Below, piece by piece: positions 1 through 7,647 of a stretch of 32,000 bases of DNA. The stretch's first letter is position 1. Every line of letters begins with the position of its first letter. The position numbers were made by a program, and so were the translations under genes. The notes beneath the pieces are model-generated. The model made no database searches. It worked only from the letters and a program-made list of their open reading frames with translations, and was not told the DNA's origin. Origin of the DNA: Candidatus Saccharimonadota bacterium (GTDB taxonomy: Bacteria; Patescibacteriota; Saccharimonadia; Saccharimonadales; Saccharimonadaceae); contig CP006915.1 of assembly GCA_000503915.1 (NCBI GenBank), positions 810,001 to 842,000 on the forward strand. Direction: 5' to 3'.

Positions 1-3000
1 AACACCAAGATGTTCTCGGACTTTTGCAAGAATAGAGCCGTTGTAGTGAAAAGGCCACCAATTATATTCGCCCGGGTGCTGGTCCTTTTTTGACTCTGCG
101 ATTATGGCCGGTCTTTCGAAATCTAGACTCATTCTCCAAATCTTGTAACAATCATCAAACTTTTTATCGATATAACGCTTAATAAATATATGAAGATGAC
201 TATAAACATGATGGTTATAGTTCTTAATAGCAAAGGGGAGGTATTTTATACTTATAGCGAAGAACTTATCAAAATTGCCATTGTTTTTAATTGGTTCTTC
301 GGGCAGTTTTGCGATGTGCCAAACCAAAGATTCTCTGTGATCTTCTGAGCCATTTTCTAGGAAATCTTTTAACCTATCTTGAATTAGTTTTGGGTTATAT
401 GGGGGCATTGGTCCGCCACGTGCCTTTGACCAATTCCTAAACGCACCCTTTCTGAATTCTGCAAGGAACAGGAGTAATGTATCAAGCTCTTTTAGTGTTT
501 CTTTATCGCCGTGCTTTACGAATATATCAATGACTTCGAGTGCCTGAGACTCATTCATGGTTCTGATTCTATTGAAGACTCGTGCTAAGTGTTGCAAAAT
601 CCCATAATGATAATTTGTCTTATCTTTCAACATAGTGAAAGCAAAGTCTTCTATCCCTTTGGCCGTAGAATATTTCATAAACCAATCCTTACTTTCAGGC
701 ATAGTCGTGTGGCGATTGTTAGCAAGTGCTTCAAGCATTAGTAGTGATAGTTGTCGAACATACAAACTCTCGTCTGTACAGAGCTTTTTTGTGAGTTCAA
801 ATGCACGCTCCGTATAATCTCGCCCTGCAACGGAATTAACGGGCATTAGTATCCAAGCAATACATCCACGCACACTACTGATTTGGATATTATGCTTTCC
901 TTCAACAACGTCCTTATCAAACTCGCTATTTTTCTCAGGGCTTGGATCGGTGATAAAGAAGTCTGCTATATAGAAAGCTTCTTCAAATTTGTGCTTTTTT
1001 GAAAGCTTCTCGGCAAACCAAACGAAGTTCTCCCGTGTTTCAGTATTTGTAATTTTTGCGGCAAGTTTTGCAGCATTACCTGCAATCTCTAGTTCAGGCT
1101 TAACAATATCTAAGTAAATAGTGTCGAGATAGTCGTCAGGCATATCTCTTAAAACTGAACCAAAAACTCTCTGCTGATTCTCGGTCGGCTTATTGGCAAC
1201 TAGTGAACGCAGTATACCTATACCATTGTCGTAATCTTTCTTTAAAACATTGAGGATTGGATCTTTGGCGTCATACGAATGGAATGAGTCAAGCGACTTA
1301 GAGAAGTAATCACCGTGAAGAAATCCCTCTAAAAGGTGAGTACCCTGCTGGAAAGTGTCGTCGTTGCTAATGAGACGCATAATGGATTGAATTACGGTTG
1401 TATCAAACATAATTTGCCGATTCATATAGTCCTCATTCGCTAAAAGATTAGAGAATGTCTCTATGGCCTGCTCGTGTTTTGCCCCCAAGAGCCCCCAAAG
1501 AACCTGATCCATAAATACGTTAATTGGATAGCCAAACTCTTTAATCGCAACATTCAATAAAGTCCATTTTTGTTCGATGCTCAGTGTCTCGGAGTCTCTA
1601 ACATAAAAGAAAATGAGCTCGGCTTTGTGAGGTATGCCTTTCCTCATCTTTATGAATTCAGACAATATTCTAAAAGCTTTTTTATTGCCTTGTTCATATT
1701 GTTCAAGTAAGAATGGAATAAACGCCCTATTCATAAAGTCGGGTTTAGACTCGCTCACTTCGCTGACTTTAAGAGATATATATTTATCAGCAAGCTTCCA
1801 TTTTTTATCAATAGGCAACCTTTTAAGATAGGGCTTGATAATTGTTCTTATAAAGACTCTGTCGTGAACCTCATAATCCCCTCCGAAGTTTGACGTACCG
1901 CCTCCCATCAATTCCCAGCCATCATATTTGATCTTGAACCTCTCATATTGCCGGCTGTATTGATCTGCAAGTTGTTCAAGTAAATAACTAAAACTGCTTG
2001 GTTTAGCTAGCAGGTCATCTCGTAGAATGTCGAAGAACTTGAAGGGTGTTTTATGTGAATATTTATAATCTTCATCGACAATGTCAAAGGTCTCATATAT
2101 ATAGCTAACTATGTCTGCCTTCAAGCGTTCGTTTCCTTTTGAGTATAGTCTATCGAACCCATTGGCGAGCTCACCTAAAAGCCACTCATCACGAGCCTTA
2201 GAGCCACCTTCAATGAATAAGGGGCTTTCCGTTGAGAATGTATAAAGTCGTTTTAACAAGTCAAAGACATCGTCAATGAGTTCATCGGAAGCATCGACGG
2301 CTTTCATTAGAATATCAGCCGTAGACTTAAACTCATACTCTTCCATATTTCTAAAACGAAGCTTTTGAACATTGTCTTTTATGAAGCTAACTATGTATTT
2401 TGCCGAAGCTTCATCGTTTACATTATCTTCAAATATTCTCAACACTTCTCTTGCGTAGTAAGAGCTGAAAGTAGCTAGCCAGAAACTATGCCAAGCAGCG
2501 AGATCTAGGCTATCGGCCTTAGAGATTTCTTGTATGGCAAAGTAATGAAGACCCGAATCAGCAATAACCGCTTTCAGTCTATTTTCGGATTGAAGCCTTG
2601 AGTTATTTGCATTTGTTAGCTCCTCAAGTATCTTATTGACCGTTTCTCTTGCTGTACGCTCGCTGTATTTATAATCGTCTTTCTTTTTTAGCAATTCTCT
2701 TCGGGCTTCTAGCTCATTATCAAATTCAACTTTGGTGTAATTCCCACCTTTTGCAGATCTATCATAAACATTCTTCACTAAAAGGTTACTTATAAGATCG
2801 TCAAGTTCATCGTCGGGTAACCAAGATCTAAATCTTTCACCAACCAGATTTCTGACAATATCTTCATTCATATCTTTATCTACGACCCAAAATTTCACTT
2901 TAGATATTAATTCTAGATGTCTAGTGGTGAACTGGTGCTTTTTAACTAACCGCTCATTTACTTCAGGATAATACTTTGCATTATCAAGATCCTCTTTGAT

Positions 3001-3279
3001 CCGAGGACCTGTGCTCGTACAAATGATTAGAATTTCATCTTGTTCATTAACTAGTGGCAGCGTATCTAAAATGTCGCGAAGCCCAGCATAAGTAACGTGT
3101 GATTTTTTCGACTCGCAAATTATACGCTTATTGCTAAACACAAGAACGAAGTCCGCTAGCTTTGGCTGCTCCAATTCAATTCGTTGAAAAGACTGGTAAC
3201 CACTGTATTGCACAAACAGAGAAAGAGCTGCCCAGTTTTGAGCATTAAAGCCAGCTTGGCTATTCGCACCTTTACTCAT
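1..3279 (-). CDS. Large protein (partial, >=1093 aa; C-terminus beyond left edge) with an N-terminal Cap4/DUF4297-like PD-(D/E)xK nuclease domain and a long alpha-helical (HEAT/ARM-like) repeat body
   Basis: Absent from the supplied ORF track because it has no stop inside the window. Hand translation of the minus strand from the ATG at 3279..3277 stays open to position 1 (3279 nt = 1093 codons). The N-terminus MSKGANSQAGFNAQNWAALSLFVQYSGYQSFQRIELEQPKLADFVLVFSNKRIICESKKSHVTYAGL shows GFxxQ, then D plus a hydrophobic strand, then ExK. The rest is Leu/Lys/Glu/Asp-rich helical sequence with no Walker A noticed. Its ATG overlaps the upstream gene's TGA (ATGA). Confidence 0.7.
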   Translation of the reverse strand, partial: MSKGANSQAGFNAQNWAALSLFVQYSGYQSFQRIELEQPKLADFVLVFSNKRIICESKKSHVTYAGLRDILDTLPLVNEQDEILIICTSTGPRIKEDLDNAKYYPEVNERLVKKHQFTTRHLELISKVKFWVVDKDMNEDIVRNLVGERFRSWLPDDELDDLISNLLVKNVYDRSAKGGNYTKVEFDNELEARRELLKKKDDYKYSERTARETVNKILEELTNANNSRLQSENRLKAVIADSGLHYFAIQEISKADSLDLAAWHSFWLATFSSYYAREVLRIFEDNVNDEASAKYIVSFIKDNVQKLRFRNMEEYEFKSTADILMKAVDASDELIDDVFDLLKRLYTFSTESPLFIEGGSKARDEWLLGELANGFDRLYSKGNERLKADIVSYIYETFDIVDEDYKYSHKTPFKFFDILRDDLLAKPSSFSYLLEQLADQYSRQYERFKIKYDGWELMGGGTSNFGGDYEVHDRVFIRTIIKPYLKRLPIDKKWKLADKYISLKVSEVSESKPDFMNRAFIPFLLEQYEQGNKKAFRILSEFIKMRKGIPHKAELIFFYVRDSETLSIEQKWTLLNVAIKEFGYPINVFMDQVLWGLLGAKHEQAIETFSNLLANEDYMNRQIMFDTTVIQSIMRLISNDDTFQQGTHLLEGFLHGDYFSKSLDSFHSYDAKDPILNVLKKDYDNGIGILRSLVANKPTENQQRVFGSVLRDMPDDYLDTIYLDIVKPELEIAGNAAKLAAKITNTETRENFVWFAEKLSKKHKFEEAFYIADFFITDPSPEKNSEFDKDVVEGKHNIQISSVRGCIAWILMPVNSVAGRDYTERAFELTKKLCTDESLYVRQLSLLMLEALANNRHTTMPESKDWFMKYSTAKGIEDFAFTMLKDKTNYHYGILQHLARVFNRIRTMNESQALEVIDIFVKHGDKETLKELDTLLLFLAEFRKGAFRNWSKARGGPMPPYNPKLIQDRLKDFLENGSEDHRESLVWHIAKLPEEPIKNNGNFDKFFAISIKYLPFAIKNYNHHVYSHLHIFIKRYIDKKFDDCYKIWRMSLDFERPAIIAESKKDQHPGEYNWWPFHYNGSILAKVREHLGV

Positions 3280-4196
3280 TCTATAGTTCCCCCTACACCA
3301 GTAGCTGTTACGCCAATACTACTCGTCTGATCTTCCTCTGCGGGTAGGAGTGTCTCCACTTTAAACTTACTGATCATCTCAGTCTTTACGTATTGCTTTG
3401 CTTCGCCCTTAATTTGCTCCGGCACACCCGACACCGTGTGATTATCAAGTAGCTTGCGTAGGTACATAAAACTCATAATTTCACCTAAAAGTTCTTTTGT
3501 AATATCATTCCCAGAACCAGTATGTTTTTGAACTATGTAGAGTAATTTAGAAGCAAGATATTCATATGGTAGTTCGTGCACGTGATCATCAACTTCAAGT
3601 GTTTTCGCGATTTCTATTAATTCGGATCGTATATGCTCATCAAGGGTACTCCATGTATGGCCATTGTCATATGGCTGTTCATCGAACTTAACTCTCTTAA
3701 AGAATTTATGAATATCCCTTTGTGTGTTTAAAGCCTTTATGTCCAGCTTCGTTTTAAGTTCATCTGCTGCCGCTCGAACAGGTGCGGTCATTGTGATACC
3801 TAATCTGAGCCTATTAGCTGGGCCAATATAGTTATTAATACCGACTCCCAATCCGTTACTAAAGCTTATGAAACCGTCAAAATCTGGTGATTGCTTGGAG
3901 TACTCTAGAAATGCCAAAATTACATCCCTAACTTCAGAAGATTGGCCCTTCTTCTTACCTGAGCTAGTTGAGTCATTTTTAAATGATTCGCCGGTTTTAA
4001 CCTCGTACACTCTTTCTTTTATCGTATCTCCTGATCCCACTCTTATTAAGATGTCTAGCGAGAGCTGATTCTCTTCGATAGGAAAGTCAGTATAAAGTTC
4101 ACGGATTGTTCCTTCTCGTAATTCTTTCAAAAATAAAAGACAAGCCATCTTATCCTGATAGCAGAATCCCAGTCGAGAAGCATATATGGAAGACAT
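3276..4196 (-). CDS. Cap4/DUF4297-like PD-(D/E)xK nuclease-domain protein (306 aa) with an uncharacterised C-terminal domain
   Basis: ORF track. N-terminus RLGFCYQDKMACLLFLKEL...LSLDILIRV...VYEVKTGE matches the GFxYQ / D-hydrophobic strand / ExK layout of the dsDNA-nuclease (DUF4297) family. AT-rich codon usage. Stop overlaps the start of the downstream large gene. Confidence 0.6.
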   Translation of the reverse strand: MSSIYASRLGFCYQDKMACLLFLKELREGTIRELYTDFPIEENQLSLDILIRVGSGDTIKERVYEVKTGESFKNDSTSSGKKKGQSSEVRDVILAFLEYSKQSPDFDGFISFSNGLGVGINNYIGPANRLRLGITMTAPVRAAADELKTKLDIKALNTQRDIHKFFKRVKFDEQPYDNGHTWSTLDEHIRSELIEIAKTLEVDDHVHELPYEYLASKLLYIVQKHTGSGNDITKELLGEIMSFMYLRKLLDNHTVSGVPEQIKGEAKQYVKTEMISKFKVETLLPAEEDQTSSIGVTATGVGGTIE

Positions 4197-4224
4197 CTAA
4201 ACTAATTATACAATCTTATTAACA

Positions 4225-4253
4225 GAAAACAGCGAGACTTACTCGCTGTTTTC
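4225..4253 (-). terminator. Bidirectional-looking hairpin terminator downstream of tRNA-Gln
   Basis: GAAAACAGCGAG-actta-CTCGCTGTTTTC is a perfect 12-bp inverted repeat with A/T runs on both sides. It lies between the tRNA-Gln 3' end and the island operon. Confidence 0.6.
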
Positions 4254-4286
4254 TGAGCCCATTTGGGTCACCTTTGATGTACTACT

Positions 4287-4360
4287 TGGCTGGGGATGAG
4301 GGATTCGAACCCCCGATCACGGGACCAGAACCCGATGCCTTACCGCTTGGCTAATCCCCA
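4287..4360 (-). tRNA. tRNA-Gln (anticodon CTG), CCA encoded
   Basis: Minus strand reads TGGGGAT TA GCCAAGCGGTAAGGC A TCGGG TTCTGGT CCCGT GATC GGGGG TTCGAAT CCCTC ATCCCCA G CCA. It has the U1:A72 start typical of bacterial tRNA-Gln. A TATAAT box lies at 4376..4371, about 11 nt upstream. Confidence 0.9.
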
Positions 4361-4390
4361 ATACTAAATTATTATACCGTAAATGTGCAG

Positions 4391-4579
4391 TGGGGTTCGA
4401 ATGGATTCGACCGACGTTCCGCCGGCTCGAAACTTCGCGACTGAAAGCGCAGCTTTCATCGGAAGGTTTCCTTGCGAATTGCCACCGGCAATCCTCACCC
4501 CGATCACGGGACTCTGGACCTCGGTGCCTTACCCCCGCCTGTCTGTCCGACAGGACGGGCAGGACTTGGCTAATCCCCA
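4391..4579 (-). ncRNA. Structured GC-rich tRNA-Gln-derived element (long form of the tRNA-flank hairpin family); function unknown
   Basis: Minus strand starts TGGGGATTAGCCAAG, 15/15 identical to the tRNA-Gln 5' end. Next comes the hairpin CCTGCCCGTCCTGTCGGACAGACAGGCGGGG, inserted where the D-loop would be, then GGTAAGGCA and CCCGTGATCGGGG (tRNA-Gln-like). About 110 nt of consecutive short hairpins follow (ATTGCC-GGT-GGCAAT, GAAAGC-TGC-GCTTTC, CCGGC-GGAAC-GTCGG, TCGAAT-CC-ATTCGA). The 3' end AACCCCA can pair with the 5' TGGGG. A TACAAT box lies at 4599..4594. Confidence 0.4.
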
Positions 4580-4618
4580 ATAGTTCACGCTAAATTGTAC
4601 ACGAAATAGCCGCTTATC

Positions 4619-5131
4619 TCAAGAGGCGGCGGCGCGACGACGTTCATGAATCACTACATACACATAAGCGCTTGCAAGTACCAAGCTCCAGAGTACGGCA
4701 ATAATTCCGCCAGGTAGCGCCAATGTGTCGCCAAACAGAGCACTATTTTCGGCGTGAGCGTTGGTGAGCGAAGTAAACAGCCAAAATAATACGACCGCCC
4801 CGCCCAAAGCTGCGCTGAGCACTCTCATCAGAGAGCTCAATTTCATACCCAGTAAGTACGGCAAAGCAAAAAGCTCAGCTGCGGTAACAAGCGCCGTACT
4901 TATCGCTACTAATTGCTGGTCATTATACGCCAGTACGAGCGCCAAGATGGAAGCAAAGTTCTCAAACGAGAACAGCTGAGCCAGAAGCATCAGCACCAAC
5001 ATCCCGGTCGCCAGCCAAGCGGCGTACTGCACCCGAACCGGTCGGAGCGGCGGATAGTGAGCAATGACAGCTTTCATACTCCCAGTATATAGGCGATGCG
5101 CTCCGAAGAAAAGTGTTGTTATTTTCATCAA
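4619..5131 (-). CDS. Integral membrane protein (about 4 TM, MauE/DoxX-like guess)
   Basis: ORF track; hydrophobic segments AAWLATGMLVLMLLAQLF, LVTAAELFALPYLLG, GGAVVLFWLF, IIAVLWSLVLASAYVYVV. The true start may be the internal MKAVIAH. Confidence 0.6.
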   Translation of the reverse strand: MMKITTLFFGAHRLYTGSMKAVIAHYPPLRPVRVQYAAWLATGMLVLMLLAQLFSFENFASILALVLAYNDQQLVAISTALVTAAELFALPYLLGMKLSSLMRVLSAALGGAVVLFWLFTSLTNAHAENSALFGDTLALPGGIIAVLWSLVLASAYVYVVIHERRRAAAS

Positions 5132-5365
5132 TATGCTTGCGCTTTTTTTTAGCAGCAGGTAGAGTAATGCACAGCGATGTTACAAAAACAAACACTCCTA
5201 TGAAAAGGTTGTGACAGCTCGCTCTACGACATCCACCACAACAAGACAAGAGGGGCCAGATGCCCCTCTTGCTCTTTTTTGAAATAAATTCAAAAAAGAG
5301 GCCACTCCTCCTAAAGCTCGGCTTACACCTCGTTCGCTTCGCTCATTTCATATTCTTGCCGAGTT

Positions 5366-6028
5366 CTACTCGGAGCGTTTTAGTTTACGGCTATTTTCCG
5401 TTCGCCACTTAGCGATTTCACCATGGTGACCATTCAAAAGTACGTCGGGTACCTTCATGCCCCGGAACTCAGCGGGGCGTGTGTATTGCGGAAATTCGAG
5501 AGTCTCCCCATCGCTGAAGCTTTCGATTTCAGCGCTTGATTCACCACCAAGTACGCCGGGGATCAAGCGGACAATACTATCGATAATCGTCATGGCTGGC
5601 AGTTCCCCACCCGTTAATACATAATCACCAACGCTAATTTCAGCGTCAACCAGCGCCAGAATACGCTCATCATAACCTTCATAGCGGCCGCATATAAAGA
5701 TATATCCCTGTCCGGAGTTTGCGTATTCTTGCGCGCTACTCTGCTGCCAGCGGTCACCGCGCGGTGTCATAAGCAGCACTTTTGCGTCCGGATCGTTCTG
5801 CTTTGCCTTTTCGATGGCCGCGAATAGCGGCTCGGGCTTGAGCAGCATACCATCACCGCCACCATATGGCGTGTCGTCAACCTGCCGACGCGGCCCAAGC
5901 CCAAAATCACGTAGATTAATCGTTGATAGCTCGACGATACTGTCCTTCTGCGCTTTCCACATCATGGAGTTTTCAAATACGCCCGTAAACATTTCGGGAA
6001 ATAGCGTAATGACTTGGAATTTTCTCAT
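5366..6028 (-). CDS. trmD: tRNA (guanine37-N1)-methyltransferase TrmD
   Basis: MRKFQVITLFPEMF..., YGGGDGMLLKPEP, GRYEGYDERI and GDYVLTGGELPAM are hallmark TrmD motifs. Confidence 0.93.
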   Translation of the reverse strand: MRKFQVITLFPEMFTGVFENSMMWKAQKDSIVELSTINLRDFGLGPRRQVDDTPYGGGDGMLLKPEPLFAAIEKAKQNDPDAKVLLMTPRGDRWQQSSAQEYANSGQGYIFICGRYEGYDERILALVDAEISVGDYVLTGGELPAMTIIDSIVRLIPGVLGGESSAEIESFSDGETLEFPQYTRPAEFRGMKVPDVLLNGHHGEIAKWRTENSRKLKRSE

Positions 6029-6048
6029 CTGTTCTACTCTAGCAGCTA

Positions 6049-6077
6049 TTGACTTTTTTGTCTATATTTGATATAAT
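6049..6077 (+). promoter_or_regulatory. Consensus sigma70-type promoter (TTGACT-17 nt-TATAAT)
   Basis: TTGACT at 6049-6054, a 17-nt spacer, and TATAAT at 6072-6077. It sits upstream of the small ORF starting at 6145. Confidence 0.6.
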
Positions 6078-6144
6078 ATATACACTTTTGCTCAAGCTAT
6101 CTTCGGGCGAAAGGTCACCCTTACTTCGAGACTAGGAGACCTCG

Positions 6145-6345
6145 ATGGATCAACCAGCAGCTCCTCTGCCGTCCTGGACATTTGTCCTCGCCAGCATTAC
6201 GCTCGGAGCATTTGGCGCCTACGCCTTGTTCCTGAACATCAGCATCCGTCCGATCTCCTGGATTGGCACGGCTGCCTCCGCGGTTCTGATTTGCAGCTCC
6301 GTTCCGGTTATTATCTGGACACGGCGTAGCCGGAAATCGCGATGA
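6145..6345 (+). CDS. Small two-TM membrane protein (66 aa) with a basic C-terminus
   Basis: The ATG is preceded by AGGAG (6134-6138) and the consensus promoter. The protein has two hydrophobic helices and ends RRSRKSR. A hairpin terminator follows at 6438-6468. The patch is GC-rich and an antisense ORF is also open, so coding is not certain. Confidence 0.5.
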   Translation: MDQPAAPLPSWTFVLASITLGAFGAYALFLNISIRPISWIGTAASAVLICSSVPVIIWTRRSRKSR

Positions 6346-6437
6346 CTCCCGCCCGCCCACCGAACGCCCGCAGTCGAGCCTCAAAGCTCCTGCGAGACCC
6401 GGTTGCGGGCGTTCTTTATGTCGAAAATTTATCAATC

Positions 6438-6468
6438 AAAAACCCGCCGAAAAGTAGGCGGGTTTTTA
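6438..6468. terminator. Bidirectional rho-independent terminator hairpin
   Basis: AAAAACCCGCC-gaaaagta-GGCGGGTTTTTAAA. Confidence 0.65.
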
Positions 6469-6567
6469 AACATATAAGGCTCTCAACCTTGCCCGGTAGA
6501 GAATTCTACTAGGTCTTAAGTTGCTCGCATAGAGCTCAGTTCTCGCAGGTGTTTGAACTAGTGCTTA

Positions 6568-6999
6568 TTATATATCAAGGTCGTCGAGTTCGGCAAGTTC
6601 TTTACGCGACTTTTTTGCGTAATCTGACTCGTCGTTATTTTGTGAGTTTTCCACAACTTCATCATCATCGTCATCTGTTGCAGTAACGGGTCGGTCATCC
6701 ACAGGCTGGCTTGATGGTTCATCTGATGACATCGTATAGCTCTCGCGCTGGTCGTCATTGTTGACGATCTTGAGGTTGTAACGCGCGTCATTCTTTGTAC
6801 CCAAGGCGCGCAGCAGTGTACGCAGGCTTTGGGCAGTCATACCGCGCTTTCCGATCACCCGGCCCAAGTCCTCAGGGTTGACGGTAAGCGTTAGCAGTAC
6901 GCCTTTTTCATCGATGATCCGGTCGATCGTTACGTCTCCTGGATGCTCGACGAGTGATTTGACGATGTACTCGACAAATTGTTGGTCTATGGTTGTCAT
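6568..6999 (-). CDS. KH-domain RNA-binding protein (KhpA/YlqC-like) with an acidic C-terminal extension
   Basis: VEYIVKSLVEHPGDV...LTVNPEDLGRVIGKRGMTAQSLRTLL carries the GxxG KH core of the UPF0109 family usually linked to rpsP/trmD. The tail is DDDDDEVVEN...ELDDLDI. Confidence 0.85.
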   Translation of the reverse strand: MTTIDQQFVEYIVKSLVEHPGDVTIDRIIDEKGVLLTLTVNPEDLGRVIGKRGMTAQSLRTLLRALGTKNDARYNLKIVNNDDQRESYTMSSDEPSSQPVDDRPVTATDDDDDEVVENSQNNDESDYAKKSRKELAELDDLDI

Positions 7000-7109
7000 G
7001 ATTGCCCTCCTCCGGTCGCTCTATAACTCTACTGTCGTACGAGGCTATTATAACACCAGCGAGCCGAATGAAGCGAAAGTTTACTTGCGCCTCTCTAGGT
7101 GACCTGGTG

Positions 7110-7613
7110 TTATTTTACATTCGAAAGCCAGCCAGAGGCCGCGGTATTTACCCACACATAGAGCGAGCTTGAGCCAAGGCCAAGACTGGCACAAATAGAG
7201 GTTGGGTTATTCGACGAAAGATTGGTTGGTGCCGTTTGCAGCTTGCCATCGTCCTTAATGTAATAGGTATTGCCCGTTTTGCTTTGGCCGACAATCGCCA
7301 TCGTTTGACCCGTCGAGTCCTGGACGCAGTAAAGCATGGCATTATTCGTCGTCACGTAGCTATCGGTATTCACCCGGGCATTCGTAATCGTCATAAACGA
7401 AGTCTGGTCAACCGGATACTTATAGCTATTCGCCACATAGTAGGCATTTAGAGAATCGGCAAGACCCGATATATTACTCTGTACGCGCGTGTCATGGGCA
7501 CGGCTCTGTACACCCGCGTAGGAAACAGTAGTAATTCCTGCCAATATTCCTATGACGACGATGACGATGAGCAGTTCGACAATCGTAAAGCCAACAAAAA
7601 AGCGCTTATGCAT
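7110..7613 (-). CDS. Type IV pilin-like protein (prepilin N-terminal methylation motif)
   Basis: Preferred start is the ATG at 7613, giving MHKRFFVG/FTIVELLIVIVVIGILAGI (a class III signal with G/F cleavage and E+5). The ORF-track start at 7664 adds 17 unlikely residues. Confidence 0.8.
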   Translation of the reverse strand: MHKRFFVGFTIVELLIVIVVIGILAGITTVSYAGVQSRAHDTRVQSNISGLADSLNAYYVANSYKYPVDQTSFMTITNARVNTDSYVTTNNAMLYCVQDSTGQTMAIVGQSKTGNTYYIKDDGKLQTAPTNLSSNNPTSICASLGLGSSSLYVWVNTAASGWLSNVK

Positions 7614-7647
7614 ACCGTTATTGTAGCACGTCTGCCTGCCCAGAATG

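Noticed and set aside
4391-4579. A plus-strand tmRNA (ssrA) reading. The plus strand starts TGGGGTT-cgaat-GGATTCGAC, the same 7+5+9 spacing as the E. coli tmRNA 5' end (GGGGCUG-auucu-GGAUUCGAC), and the 3' end AATCCCCA can pair with it.
   Set aside because: There is no T-arm before the 3' acceptor strand, no G3:U70 pair, no encoded or plausible CCA (CCCCAATAG), and no recognisable tag ORF ending in a hydrophobic ..LAA-type tail. It is only about 189 nt. The opposite strand is 15/15 identical to the neighbouring tRNA-Gln 5' end. GGATTCGAC is simply the complement of a T-loop-like GTCGAATCC. It should still be run through a tmRNA covariance model.
4391-4579. An intron-containing (D-loop plus T-loop introns) functional tRNA-Gln.
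   Set aside because: After conceptually removing the inserts, no 5-bp anticodon stem or 7-nt anticodon loop can be formed (CCGAGGTCCAGAGTCCCG does not fold that way). There is also no canonical T-arm or CCA.
4317-4593. Three overlapping ORFs (87, 66 and 67 aa on both strands) across the GC-rich element.
   Set aside because: They are open only because the high GC content removes stop codons. The products are Arg/Pro/Gly-rich low-complexity sequence with no start context, and the region is better explained by RNA or DNA hairpins.
5249-5280. The hairpin AAGAGGGGC-cagat-GCCCCTCTT followed by a T-run on the plus strand, considered as a plus-strand terminator implying an unannotated plus-strand gene at 5132-5248.
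   Set aside because: No convincing plus-strand ORF or RNA signature lies upstream. It more likely serves the convergent or minus-strand context after trmD, so it is left unannotated.
6121-6435. A 104-aa minus-strand ORF in the GC-rich patch.
   Set aside because: The product is Arg/Gly/Pro-rich with no promoter or SD. The opposite-strand 66-aa ORF has a promoter, SD and terminator, so it is the better though still uncertain call.
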